A stretch of 63,823 bases of DNA, filler included, from Licmophora abbreviata (GCA_900291995.1; 8 parts of 8 records of this genome joined end to end with filler, not necessarily neighbours in it); one strand, 5' to 3'; counted from the whole stretch's first letter, positions 46,371-59,368 are shown. Translations and numbers: made by a program. The notes: generated by a model not told the origin, from the letters alone.

Positions 46371-47677
46371 ATGAATTCTTCCCTCAGGTCTCTTCTAGTT
46401 CTCCTCGCATTCACTGTTGCTTCATCGTTACCTTCGAGCAAAGATGCATGCAACGAGGAGCAGCGACAAGACCATCCCGTGTTCTGTCGCATGATGGATC
46501 GAGTCATTCACGACCCGAAGCTGGTCGCTACCGAAATGAAGCAGTGGGCTGAATCCCACGGACTCTTGATTGACTTTCCCGCGGCCTCAGAAGGCACTGT
46601 CTCTTCAGCTAGTATCTCCACAGAGCGTCGTCGGTTAGGTCAACTCGTCAATGACAACACAACTGCTACGCCCGTCGTCTTCGCGCACGGCATGGGAGAT
46701 TCCTGTTTCAACGACGGGATGCAGCGCCTTGCGGCACGTACCTCCGACTCCTTGGGCGGTGTGCACTCGAATTGTATCGCGACGGGCAAGTCGCAGCATG
46801 AGGATACTGTGAATGGATACTTCATGAGCATGGATGCCAATGTCGAAATCTTCGCCGAGGGGGTCCGGGCAGATTCTAAATTGCAGGGAGGATTCCATGC
46901 GATTGGACTATCGCAAGGTAACAATGTCATTCGGGGATACATTCAGAAGTACAACGACCCTCCTGTCAAGACTTTCCTTTCAATCAATGGCCCGATTGCT
47001 GGTATCGGGGCCGTCCCTTACTGTCGACCCAAGGATGACCTGAAGACCGACAGCGGAGAGTCGTTAACATTCGACATGTGCGAGCTACTACAGGACGCAG
47101 CGTCGAACCGAGCTTACACTGAGTACATTCAAGAGCATAACTTCCAAGCGAACTATTGGCGTGATCCGCGACCATCAGAGGCGGATGCCTACAAACAGTT
47201 TGGACAATTGGCGAACTGGAATAACGAGGGATACACGGTCAATGCGACTCTCAAAGAAAACTTTGCCAGGACGGAGAAGTTTGTGTGGGTCATGGCGGAA
47301 CAGGATCAAATGGTATGGCCCAAGGAAGGGGAACAGTGGGGTGCTCCTGACCCAGAAGATCCATTCAGCTCGATCTTGCCCATGAAGGACACAGACTGGT
47401 ACAAGCAAGATCTGTTTGGCTTGCGCACGGCAGAGGAAGACGGCAAAAACAACTATGAATCCTTTCAGGGAGATCATCTGCAGTTTTCCATGCAGCAGTA
47501 TGANNNNNNNNNNNNNNNNNNNNNNNNNNNNNNNNNNNNNNNNNNNNTTAATTAATTAANNNNNNNNNNNNNNNNNNNNNNNNNNNNNNNNNNNNNNNNN
47601 NNNAATCCTTTCAGGGAGATCATCTGCAGTTTTCCATGCAGCAGTATGACGATTGGATTACAAAATACCTCATGTGA
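46371..47677 (+). CDS. PPT1: Palmitoyl-protein thioesterase 1 (secreted/lysosomal)
   Basis: Signal peptide, PVVFAHGMGDSC, GLSQG, QANYWRDP, GDHLQFS. C-terminus DDWITKYLM* lies after the linker. Confidence 0.92.
47504..47603. other. Artificial scaffold linker over a spurious gap
   Basis: 47458-47503 is identical to 47604-47649. Confidence 0.97.
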
Positions 47678-47745
47678 CGCGACCCTGAAGCACCATTATA
47701 GAGATTAAGACTTCCCCACAGTCGTTTGTAGTGTACAAAACGAAC

Positions 47746-50700
47746 CTACTTCTTTTTCGCGCCCTTTCCGCCAGAGGCCTTTTTCTTGGCCTTGCCGCGC
47801 TTCTTTAGAAACTTTTCTCGAATCTTCTCGGCTTCCTTGTCGTCACTGTCATCTTCGTCGCCCGATTCCTGCTCGACGTCGTCGTTGATAGCATCGGGAT
47901 CCACAATGTCGGCCGAGCCACCTGCATTGGACTTGGCTTTCCGAGTCTTGCCAACACCCTGCTCGGCGACAAGCGCTTGGCTCTTGTGAATGCCCTGGTT
48001 GTACTCGCGCGTAAAGGCGGCCTTTTGCTTGCTGTCAAGACTTGCGGTAAGCTTTTCTGCCTTGGGATCCATCTTGAACTCGTCGAGGTTTTCAAAGATA
48101 TCGTCTCGGTCCAACCCATATTCGTCCATGAGTGCAATAGCCTCTGCCGTATGCGCGCCGTCTCGAGATGTTAGAAGAGACAGAAAGCGATTGCGGAGCA
48201 CGGGAAGATAACACATGCGTAGCTCGGACAGGTCGCCACCCACGCGGTAGTTCATGTGATGGCGAAGCTCTTGAAGGAGACGATTCTTTTTGCCTCGTGT
48301 GGAGTTCTTTCCCATCCAAGCCGGAAACTCAGGAAAGCCCGGAAAGAAGCCACCACGCTCGCCACCAGCATGGTAACCCGTCTTGACGGCCATTATCGCG
48401 CATAAAGGGAGCAACCCCCAATTCTGATCGCCGCTACGGACGGCATGCTCTGCGAGTGCGTATTCCGACATGCTATTCGTCGCATCATACATTCGATCAA
48501 GAAAATCCTTCGTCTTGGATTCGTCTCCGCTCCTCTTGGCTTCACCATACTGTGGCCCCATCACCTTGAGATAGTTCTGGTGCACGTTCAATCCCATCAA
48601 ACTATAGTCCACGAAGAATGCATCGCTGCGCATCATAAGACTATCACGCTCTGTCTTGGCGTCCGCGCCTGAAAGACCCTTCCGGCCTTCGACAATCATT
48701 TTCGCTGCGTCGAACATGCTGATACGGAGGATTTCGTCCTTGTTGATTGAACGTTCTCGCTGTTTGACGTCTTTGTACGTCATGGCACCTCCTGTGCCCT
48801 TTTTGTTGGCCCACATTTGCAAGCAGTTCAGAACCTGGCGAATGTCGTTACCGCATGACTCGACGATAGCCTCCGCTGCGTTCAGCTCGATCGCCAGACC
48901 TTCGCCCTTGCCGATCGAGACAGCACGGCGTGAAATAACAGATTTGGTCGGGCGGCGGCAGCGCAAATCAAGACAATACTGAACGAGACTCCGGATCTTC
49001 TGGCTCTGACGGTCGTTACAGATACAAATAATAGGGACCTTGGATGACTTGATCATCTTGATAAGCTCAGCTATGCCACTTCGATCCCCCGCTCCCATTC
49101 CGTCGACTTCGTCCATGATGATGCATCGTTTCGTTACGGGCCCCTTCTTACCAGAGCCCGCTCGCAAATTGAGCACTTGCGACCCCGTTACGTCGCCGAG
49201 GCCCTGTGCCATTGCTTTCTTGCTTCTCACATCAGACGCATTGAACTCTAGAAGATCCCTCCCAGCCTCCTTGGCAACCAACGTTGCCATTGTCGTCTTG
49301 CCAATCCCCGGACTCCCGCTGATGAGGGCTGCCTTCCAAGGTCCGTTCGGAGAAGAGAAGGTCTTGTTGGACGCTTTCGGATTGTTAAACTTGGTCTCCC
49401 AGCTACTGAGCCCTGCGGGAATAGGAAAAAAGGGGACAAGCGAGAGTTAGGACAAGCCCACTGGGAAGTCCAGCTATCGTTACGTCAACACAACTTACAA
49501 GACTGTAGCTTCTTGACGGCGTCTTGGTTTCCGAGAATATCCCTCGTACTCCGTGGCGCATACCTGTCCGCCCACAAGCTCGCTGGATCGGATACGGCGG
49601 GAGGGGCGCTTGCGGCCTCCGACTTGACACCCACACTCGCATTTTTGGACGCATAGGGATTGGCCGAAACACCAGCCGCTGGCTTAGCATACGGATTTGC
49701 TGATTTGGCGTATGGGTTTGCGGGTCGCTTGGCGTACGGATTGGCCAGCGGAGCCGACGCCGCCGGTTTTGACGTCGCTGGGGCTTGTGCCGCGGCAAGC
49801 TTAGTCGGCTCCATAATGACAGATCTATTCTTGAGGGCCTTGTCATTGTATTGTTTTGCGAGTCCGTACAGCTCCTCTTCTCCCTTGACCAAGAGGACGT
49901 TCAGGTCCGACGCCTTCCGGTACTTGGATCCGTCCGTATAAGGGCGACCATCTTCCAGTTGTTCTCCCACAACCAAATAATCAGTCTTGCTGGATACACC
50001 CGTCGTTACACGGCCGCCAAGAATCTTGACAAAGTCTTGCGCGGCGTCGCGACTCAAAGTGTCCAGGACTCCCGAAAAAACAAACGTGCGCCCCTCTAGA
50101 CATTCCGAGACAGCCTTCTCTGAATCGAAGGCAGTCAGCCGCTCTGCTGGTTTTAAAGGGAGTTCCTTCTTCGGCTTCTTTGCAGACGAGCCTTTTTTCT
50201 TGGGAGGAGCTTTCGATTGCGGCGGTGTCGCCATGATATGGCCTTCGGCAGTCTTCTCCTCGGTCGGTCCAACTTCCTTGGACTCAACTGGAGGAGAAGC
50301 CGTCTTGAGTCGCTTCGACGCGGAGTGAGGTTTGGAGTCTGGCACAAACTCTTTTTCAGGGGCAGGCGTGTTCATCGCTTGAACAGTATCGTCTGCGTCG
50401 TCAGAATCGTCGCTGTCAATGGCAAGACGTCGTCCTCGCTTTCGATCTGCAGTCGGCTTGACAATCTCAATTTCGTCCTGAATATCGTCATCGTCTGTCA
50501 GCTCTGACTTGACACATTTCTTCTCTTCTCTAGTAGTAGGTTTGGACGTGCTCGACTTGCCGAAGATATCTTTCGCCGACACTTCTGCACGCTGTTCCTC
50601 CCTGCGACGCTTGTTGGAGGGAGTCACCGCATTTGCCGGCGGCAGCGGGGATCGTTTCTTTTCTTCGCGAGAAGCAGGATCGTGTTGGGAAGTCAGAGAG

Positions 50701-50903
50701 TTATCTTTCATCACCATTGTATCCTTTTTCAGTGGCTTGGGCACTGGAACGGGAGATTCGTCCGAGTTGGCGTCGTCATTTCTAGAGGGACGACGAGTGG
50801 GAGCCTCGCCGTGCGCAATATCATTGCTCGATGAATCTTTCGGCTTGATCTTTGCCTTTTTGGAAGCCTTTCCTGGATTTCCGAAGAAATTCCGAATATC
50901 CAT
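47746..50903 (-). CDS. RFC1: Replication factor C subunit 1
   Basis: MDIRNFF, BRCT domain (CLEGRTFVFSG..GGRVTTGVSSKTDYLVVG), LWADRYAP, SGSPGIGKTT, EFNASDVRS, MDEVDGM, KAAFTREYN. Intron 49413-49498. Confidence 0.96.
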
Positions 50904-51212
50904 ACTAGCCGGAAGTAATAATTAGAGCAAGAAATGCAGCAAAGTGGTTCAGTGAGACGGAAACGCTTCGATAAGGCTTCCAACTTGGCACCGCCGTCAT
51001 TTCACTTGGCGTTGCATCACAGTTTTGGAGTTCCAAATCTTCGTAGATTGGGCGCATGACTGCAAGACGCTGTCGGAGGGAAGTTTAGAGGTTGTGTAGA
51101 ACTCAGTACACTTTCTACAGCTGAAAATTTCCCGTGATGTCAACACATCAAAAGCAAGCGAATTCCAAATCTCAGATCTGAAGATGACCATGATGAAGAG
51201 TCGACTAATCTG

Positions 51213-52482
51213 ATGACCATGGCGATTGTGAACACAGTCTTCAGTGTCCTAAGCCTGCTGGGCTGCAGTGGAGATAGCTTGGCCTTTTCGACACATTCGG
51301 CGTCCCGCGTTATAAGTCGACCCGCGCCGCGACTTTCGAATCGCCATGCCGATCTTTCGATGATGTCTGACGCCGGTGATGGTAGCGACGGTGTATCCAG
51401 CAGCCCCTCGCAACTAGAATCGATCGTTCGCANNNNNNNNNNNNNNNNNNNNNNNNNNNNNNNNNNNNNNNNNNNNTTAATTAATTAANNNNNNNNNNNN
51501 NNNNNNNNNNNNNNNNNNNNNNNNNNNNNNNNAGACGTTTGCTGGAGGGTGGTCGGTCTTGCCCAAGTTTGGATTGCCGTCCGTGCCTTTCTCTTTGGAA
51601 TCACTCCAAATTGTTTTGCCGTATGCCATGACTATGGCAGCTGTTGGAGCCATTGAATCGCTGCTGACACTGCAGCTAGTGGATGGAATGGTGGACGATG
51701 GTACTCGGGGATCTACGAGCAAGGAATGCATCGGTCAAGGCGCCGGGAACATTGTGAGCGGTCTAACGGGAGGGATTGGTGGATGCGCCTTGGTTGGGCA
51801 AAGTGTTATTAATGTTCAGAGCGGAGGAGGGGTCTCTCGGTGGTCTGGCATGAGCATGGCACTCTTTTTGGCTACAGGTATTGTTGCGGCAGCACCTTTG
51901 CTGGGGTCGGTGCCGGTCGCGTCGCTTGTTGGCGTTATGCTGTTGGTGTGCCAATCCACATTTTCATGGTCGTCACTGCGAATACTGCGTCGTATCCCGA
52001 AAGTCGATGCTCTTGTCATTGCGCTTGTGTCCATACTGACAGTCAAGAAGGACCTGGCAGTTGCAGTTGTTGCTGGAACGATTGCGAGTGCCTTGGGATT
52101 CGCCTGGAAGCAGTCGACGAGACTGACCGGTACATCCGAATTGGACGGAGACACCAAGATTTATCACTTGTATGGACCGCTATTCTTTGGATCGACCGGT
52201 CAGTTCTCAGCGCTTTTTGACAGCAAGTCAGACCCGAAGGAAGTTGTGCTTGATTTCTCCTACAGCCGTGTCATGGACCACTCCGCACTCAAGGCCATTC
52301 ATACACTCTCAGACCAGTATGGTGCTGCAGGAACGACCGTGTACCTTCGCCATTTGTCGAAGGACTGTGCGTCTTTACTAGAACGACTCTACAAGAATCG
52401 CAACGAGGTTATCAAGGCTGATCCGGAGACTGATCCTGTGTATGGAGTGGCCGTCAGATATGGCAGCGATATGCCCTTGTAG
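51213..52482 (+). CDS. SulP/SLC26 anion transporter with STAS domain, probably plastid-targeted; middle lost in the gap
   Basis: AAVGAIESLLT, ECIGQG.GNI..GGIGGCALVGQSVIN; STAS motifs YGPLFFGS, LDFS..DHSAL. 5' piece has a signal peptide plus LAF. Joining across the gap is inferred. Confidence 0.85.
51433..51532. other. Artificial scaffold linker
   Basis: N44-TTAATTAATTAA-N44. Confidence 0.98.
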
Positions 52483-52847
52483 CGTTCCGGCGATTATCAT
52501 ATGATCTTGGATACTTGAAGTCAGAGAAGAAGACTTCGAATCTATATTGAATTTACATGAAGCATCTCGAAAGGAACGGCGGGAGAACACGTTAAAGTTT
52601 GTATAGATGAAGTATAGTCCAGGGCTACTCGTAAGGAAAAAAGGGAGGGGACGCTTAGACCTTATAACGTGTCGAGCTTCGTGTGCGCGCGTCGAACTCT
52701 CTTCATTGCGCGGTCACGACGAGATGATGGGATCACCGCGACACATTCAACATGACACACAATAACCGTGTCGTATGAGTAATTGAGGCCTTGTAGCTTG
52801 TTGCGGTCCTCCACTTGCTCGTAGCTTCACGCGGATTATAGACAGTC

Positions 52848-53398
52848 ATGCCCTCACGAGGATATCGTCGCGTTTCATCAGCAGAGGAGGAAGCGCCGTC
52901 TGGACAAAGATTCGGTGGCCGAACTCGCTCAGAGCGACTTGTTGACAAGCTCTATGCTCGTGAGTCTCGTGGGACTAGCTGACTCTCGCGCTTCAATTTT
53001 TCTTTTTCTAATGTATCTTCTCTCCCTTTGCAATTTCAGTGGCGTGGATTGTCGTGGCGATCGTTGTGGCGCGTTGGACCTTCTTCTTTCGTGTCATCTT
53101 GTCGGACGACCGAGTGAACCGCCCTGTATTACACACTGCTTTCGTATGCTTGGGAATCAACACGGTACTCCTCTTATATCTGACTGTCTATTTGCCGAGA
53201 GTGAAGAATTTGACAGACGCGTCCGCGTGGGATGTGTATTGCCCCCGCGTGGTGCCCACCATGACATTAGTTGGTATCATATGTGCGATTTTGCTAGTTC
53301 GAGCTACTTGGCCCGTGTGGGGGTTCCTGGCGCCAATGGTGTTGGGACTGGAAGCGATGGGTGCACTGTTTTCTCTGCACTTCATTCCTTGGTTCTAG
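52848..53398 (+). CDS. TMEM128-like membrane protein
   Basis: Intron 52960-53039; four TM segments; WDVYCP and WPVWGFLAP resemble TMEM128. Confidence 0.72.
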
Positions 53399-53475
53399 AT
53401 AGCTTTATCTAATCACCTTAGCTCTATTTTGAATACGCGCTAATAGCTACTGAGTGTATTTCTACCGCAGTCAAC

Positions 53476-55649
53476 TTATCGAACCCAAAATCTCGGAACG
53501 ATCTTCATGACTTGGTTGTTGACGGCAATGCCAGCTTTGAATTGAGCTTCATCCTCACGCACAGGCAAGACTGAATGTGATTTGAAGCTACTCTCGCCTG
53601 TCACGTCTTGAAGAAGCGCATTCGCAGCCTCCAAGCCAGAGACGAATGCCCGCTCTTGGCAGAGGCCCTTGGCTCCGTGTTCTCTATCTCCCATTCGAAC
53701 CCAGTCACCGGCGCATTTAACATTGGGGAGCAGCGTTCGCCCAGCACCTTCGAGCGGCGGACGTTTCGTGTAACTTCCTGGAGCAAACCAACTGACTGTC
53801 CCCGCGTACTTGCCTACCCAGGAATCGACGACTGTGGCATCGGCGAACTTGGGGACGGCGCTGGGAAGTTCGGGTACAGAAGAAATTGAGCGAGAGAATA
53901 AATATGGCGAACGTAATCCGTTCAAGTCGCACCACTTACCTTGGCAGCAGATCTTCCATCAAAATGCGCACAATGTCCTCGTCACTAAGAGTTAACAAGG
54001 CACCGGCGTTGTAAAAGTCGCACGCGACGACCGAGCCGCGAGTTTCTCCTTCCTTCGGCTCCTGGTCACCCCATAGTTCAGGATTATTCTCTTGCAGTTG
54101 ATCAAGCATGAAGAAAGTCCCGCCTGCGCCACGCAGCGATTCGAATCGAGAAAACACGTTGGCGGGTGTCCGAGTAGGAACGATGCGATCAAGCCACAGA
54201 CGACATGAGATCACATCAATGCCCTTTAGCGACGCGGCGTTACTGAAGACAGGCAACCGAGCCAAATCAGGACTGGCCCTCACGACCGCTTCCATCCCCT
54301 TGCAACCCAAAGCCATAACGATACCATCCACATTGGTGATCGTCTTGGTGTCACCCGACATGTTAGTGTACTCGACTGTGGTTGCTTCAAGGTGATTCTC
54401 GGTGGCCTCGAGCGAGATCTTGCCGACGCGCGCGCCACCCAATACCTTCAACCCATGTTCGTCTTGCAGTTTCGTCGCCATCGGCGCCACAAGCGAATCG
54501 CTGACCGTCCCATTTTTGATCCATCGTACGTCGAAACTATCTTGATGGGCGAGCGCATAGTAGTACAAGAGTTCCATTACAACAAGCGCACTCAGCTCCT
54601 CGGGCGGTTTGAACAAACCCACCAGCCTACATGATACGATTAGCACGTAGTGCGTGAGACAGCATTCCCGCGCAGCACAAGAGAGCGCCAAATATTTCCA
54701 CTTACAGCGTTGGCTTGACGAAGTCGTCCACAAGTCTCTTCGACAACCCGAATCTCACGAAAAGGTCGTGCGCCGTCATACGGTCGTACTGCTCCTGAAC
54801 CTTCTCGTCGCTGCCCAAACAGTCGATCGTCGCCAGTAGAAGCCCTGCCATAGATGCTCGATCCTCGAGCGGGATTCGCTCAAACAATGGAAAGGTCGCA
54901 ACAATTTGGCCCAAAGGACTCGGAAGCGCGGGAAACTGCTGTCCAGACAACTCGCGTAGAAACGGAATGTCTGGAAAGTCAGGGAACTTTGCTTCCGAAA
55001 AAACTGGGGCAGTTGCTTCGAGACCATCGGGAGAGTAAAATGACGAGTTGGTAAAGGGAGAGAAAACATCGTTCTCGGCTAACCCTAGCTCTTCACAGAG
55101 CTTGTTGATGTTGGGATAGTCCTTCCAGAAGCCCCTGGTTCCAGCCTCGACCGGTTTCCCGCTCTCTGACAGATACGGCGTGACCTGTGAAACGAGGCGA
55201 GAAACAACTCATTAGCAAACGATCCTTATCGACTCGTTGATCCATCTCTATTGTCAAACACGTACACCAGTCGGATCTGGCAAGGCATCTAGCAGTGTAA
55301 TGTCAGCATTGACACCGCTCTCGCACAGACTCTTCGCCGCTCCCCAACCACCCCATCCTCCACCGATGATCAGGAATTTCTTTCGCGGCTGGTCGTTCTT
55401 TTCTTGCTCTTGTAGCTTGGCCCACTCCATCGCTGCAGATCGGACTGGTTGCTTTTCGGTGTCTGCTTCTGCCTCGAACTGGATGCTGTCATCATTCTCC
55501 TTGGATGGGTTATCACTCATCTTTCTTTGCGTCCACGATGAGCGTTGGTGGAGGCGCATACTAGGAGGACTCGATGGCTGATGAACTGTAAAACACGCAA
55601 CATACGGGGCCAACAGTAGGTAGAAGGAAGCTATCAGAAGTTTCAACAT
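53476..55649 (-). CDS. Plastid-targeted FAD-dependent oxidoreductase (amine oxidase / carotene desaturase superfamily)
   Basis: Signal peptide plus ACF; IIGGGWGG, EAGTRGFWKDYPNI, CAGDWV, QERAFVSGLEAAN. Introns 55185-55265, 54627-54705 and 53861-53939. Confidence 0.88.
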
Positions 55650-56277
55650 GATTACAATTCGAGCGGAGTGCAAGTCAAGCGCCCTTTTGTGGGTGAATGT
55701 AGTGCCCCGAGTGCCCGCCCAGCAATCGGATGATTCAGTACTCGCCAGCGAAGACAGTGATGGAGCCAGGTTGGTCCGCTGACCACACTTTTTTATCTGC
55801 TGGATTTTCCGGTGGCAAGGACAAGCGGGACCAGTATACGAACAACGGTACTATAGAGCAATCACAAAGGCTGATGCCAGCGCAGTAGAAAAGCTGGTCT
55901 GCAATGTGGCATGTGGCGTGTTCAATGTGAGAAAGCTGTGATGTGCTGACGACGACGCGACGCTGCACCGCATCAGCAGGAAGACGCGGGAAAACCCCAA
56001 CCCTCTCATCTCATTGCATTCTCGAATCCTCGCTCATCTTTCTTCACGCGACATGCACTGCACAACGCACACACCACATCATGATTCAGCGCTGCGAGGC
56101 CTTGCAACAAACCATTGTATTGACACGAAGATATACCCACACCCCCTACAATTGAAGGTGGCCCTACTGAGAAGCCTGAAAGAGTGACACTTTGCTCGAG
56201 TAGACCGAGAGATGAGTAGATTCGCCTTCTGAACACGGGACTCTCGACCGGCGTTTTCCGCCAAAGTTTCACAGGTC

Positions 56278-56679
56278 ATGGAAGAACACGAACAGATTGA
56301 CGACGCCAAAGCTGGGGACGAAGTTCTGTGGACGGCGCCGAAGATTCTCCAGGCTATCGCCGTGTTCTGTCTTGCGGGGTTGGCTGAAATTATGGGCGGT
56401 TGGCTGGTTTGGATGGCCATGCGCGGTAACTCCAGCGGTAAGAGGCCGTGGTGGTACGCGGTTCTTGGGTCGATGGTGCTGGTTGCGTATGGTTTCATTC
56501 CAACGTTACAGCCAACCGACAGTTTTGGACGTGTCTATGCCGTGTATGGCGGTTTCTTTATCATGTTGTCGTTTCTGTTTGGGTGGTGGCTAGACGGCGA
56601 CAAACCCGATGCTGGGGATTTCATCGGCGGATCGATTGCTCTTGCCGGAGTTTTGGTTGTCCTCTTTTGGCCGCGATAA
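56278..56679 (+). CDS. ynfA: YnfA/UPF0060 small membrane protein
   Basis: AGLAEIMGGWLVW, SFGRVYAVYGGFFI, DGDKPD..DFIG. Intronless. Confidence 0.9.
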   Translation: MEEHEQIDDAKAGDEVLWTAPKILQAIAVFCLAGLAEIMGGWLVWMAMRGNSSGKRPWWYAVLGSMVLVAYGFIPTLQPTDSFGRVYAVYGGFFIMLSFLFGWWLDGDKPDAGDFIGGSIALAGVLVVLFWPR

Positions 56680-57159
56680 ACCGAAAATATGATATGCAAT
56701 GTATTCATCAAATGATCAGGTGGAGCAAGAACAGGAAGGAAGTGACCAAACTTCGGGCAGCAGCCCGATGCAAGCTTCTTGTCCCGTTCCAAAGTCTCGC
56801 GCTTTTTACAGTGTCGTGGGTAGGTAGGTCTAGTTTGTTTTACGTCACATGAACTCTTGCATCATTCCGGTTCTTCTAGTGTAGCTAGATTATATGATGT
56901 TTGTTTGATGAGCTACTAGTACTTCCTCATACATGAGAGTCTTAGAATCAGAACGAAGGCTGCGAGCTAAATTTCATCCTTTTTGATGAAAGTGAAACGT
57001 TTGAGCTCTGGCATTCCCTACGAGCTCCTTTACGTAGAGTAATACTAATTCCTCCGTAGGGATATTTGCCATCAATCAGAATAGAATAGTCGCGCGTTTG
57101 CTGCCAGAGAATAGAAACCAAGGGTTGGCAGCGCTGCCCTCAACTCGCCGTTAAGCAGC

Positions 57160-59227
57160 ATGGCGGAGAGCGCTCCTCCGCCCTCTTCCGGTGGGGGTTG
57201 GGCTTACTCACAGAGGTAAGAAAATGACATGCGTAGAAACAATGGCAAATAAATGGCTTGGCAGGTGGCAAATCTTGAATGCCACTTGATGGACGAGACA
57301 TGCGCGTTCAATCTACGTAGGATTCTACGTGATCTATACTCAATTCAGATGCTTCACAAAAGGTGACACTGCTGGAAGAGCTTGTTCATGCCAGTCTTCT
57401 TTATGCGACTCCCGCTGGAGGCCTTGAGTATCGTGGTGTGCATGCGTGGGAACACCGACTTCACGACATTTGTTGGTGGAGGCACATCCTCCAGATAATC
57501 GAAGGATCGCTTGAAGGCGTCCGATATTTTCTAGTCTACATTTCGCTGGAGTGCATTTTGTTGTACTTATGGGAAGTCCTGTGGCTCAACGGACATTGCT
57601 TATGGCCATCAAGCGCCCTTTCTGGTCACTATCTTTCTTCGCGAGTTTTTTATCTTTCAAATTTCTCCAGAGGAAGTCTTGTATGCCCGTCGTCAACACA
57701 CACTCACATCATGCTTTGCGCCTTTCGGTCCCACTGCAGCACGTCCAACGCGCCCGGAGACATGAATACGAAAGGAATTGAGATAGGAATGGCCGGGATG
57801 GATCTCGTGTCCGGAATGAGCCGTCCGCCAGCACTTTCTGGGTCATCTGCGTCGACTGGAGGCGACCATTCGCGCCAGCATTCGTTCAGTTCATTTCCAG
57901 GGAGTTTAGACCCTGTCGGAGGTCATCGAGGGTCTCCTCCGCAGTCCCCGCTACAGCGCACAAACTCACAACAATCATCATCGTATAATCAGAATGCATC
58001 GAGGCCACCGGGACTTGGTGGCGTCTCCTTGCCGTCGCCGATTGGAAAGAGTGGCTCCGCCAACAACACAGCTACATCGTCTCCAATGTTGTCTACTTCT
58101 CCGTCATCTTTCGTGGACGGAAATGCCGAGCAATATGGGCTGGGCCGCCAACAAAATTTACTCTTTGGCGACGCAGGTGTGATCCACTCTCTACCGCTCG
58201 ACGTGGGTGGCGATGCCGGTGGCTATCTTCACCACGGGGCCTCGCCTTGGGGTGAACTCCGACAGCCACCCAGAAATCCTCCATCTGACGCTAGTTCCTG
58301 GGCGTCTGCAGCAGGAGTGTCTGGAACAAACAGCTTCGACACCAATGATCTCGAGGACGATGGTTTGCACGGGCTAGGCGCTCTGCGGGAGCGAGCACAG
58401 TCGTCGCCCGGACCTGTCATGGGGCACAAGGGACACATTGCGTCGTCCCCACCAGTAGGAGAGATGTATCCGAATCTCAAGGCAGTTTCCCCGTTGTACA
58501 CAGAGGATTACATGGGAAATCGTGGCTTTCAAGCGGATCTGCGACGCTCGCGTGCTGTGTCGCGTGAGAGCGGTGCAAAGTCTGGTAACCGTCCCCCAAG
58601 AGGCGCGGTGGGCTCGAGCGGCACTCAATTTGGGGATTCCAGCTTTGCTTCAAGCCAGGGAGATCGTAGCTTCACGGGTGGCGGACTGTCCCCGGCATAT
58701 AGCCACGACGGAATCACCGATATGGGTTCACTGCCGGCGTACACGCTTTCGAGTGATATGGGGCATCGTGGTAGGTCGATCTCGCTGGAAACGATGCATC
58801 AGCAAGTGCATTCGCCACAAGACATGCGAAGAGCCAGCGAAAGCTATATGGCGCAATCACAGATAGAAAACTCGCATACACAGAAATTTGGCTCTCTTCC
58901 AAGTCTTGGTTCTTATGTCCAACAGCAACGTTTTCCTTCCCAAGGACTTCCATATCAGCAGCAGCAGTATGCTTCTCAGGGTGGAGGGCACGTTCGTTCA
59001 TACTCGGATCCGCGTCTCGTTCAGCAACAGTTTAATTATGCTCCGACACGTGACTTTCGCGAGGATCCTAATGGTTACGGCCGTACAGCAGATGGAGGAA
59101 TACTGCGTGTGGAGGGAGAATCTGTGCGCTCTGGGTCGAATCTATCCTCCGAAATGCGCTTCGTTCAACAAAGCAGTCTTTCCCGTTCAATATCTGCCGG
59201 ACCAACTCTTTCGCAGCCTCGACAGGG
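57160..59227 (+). CDS. Large S/G/Q/P-rich disordered protein, N-terminal part (3' lost in the gap)
   Basis: Exon 1 MAESAPPPSSGGGWAYSQ; phase-compatible GT-AG intron 57216-57739; long open exon running to the gap. Confidence 0.7.
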
Positions 59228-59327
59228 NNNNNNNNNNNNNNNNNNNNNNNNNNNNNNNNNNNNNNNNNNNNTTAATTAATTAANNNNNNNNNNNNNNNNN
59301 NNNNNNNNNNNNNNNNNNNNNNNNNNN
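59228..59327. other. Artificial scaffold linker
   Basis: N44-TTAATTAATTAA-N44. Confidence 0.98.
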
Positions 59328-59368
59328 ATTGGGTTTATCCCGCGTAGGTTCGAGTCCTACCAGTGTCG
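59328..59368 (+). tRNA. 3' part of a class II tRNA, probably tRNA-Ser (5' part in the gap)
   Basis: Long variable arm GGG-TTTAT-CCC, T arm GTAGG-TTCGAGT-CCTAC, acceptor strand CAGTGTC, discriminator G, TTTT at 59375-59378. Confidence 0.8.

Noticed and set aside
10724..50903. Cell-cycle gene cluster (gamma-tubulin, PLK1, MCM3, RFC1)
   Set aside because: The genes are scattered among unrelated genes over 40 kb and several gaps, which is compatible with chance in a compact genome.
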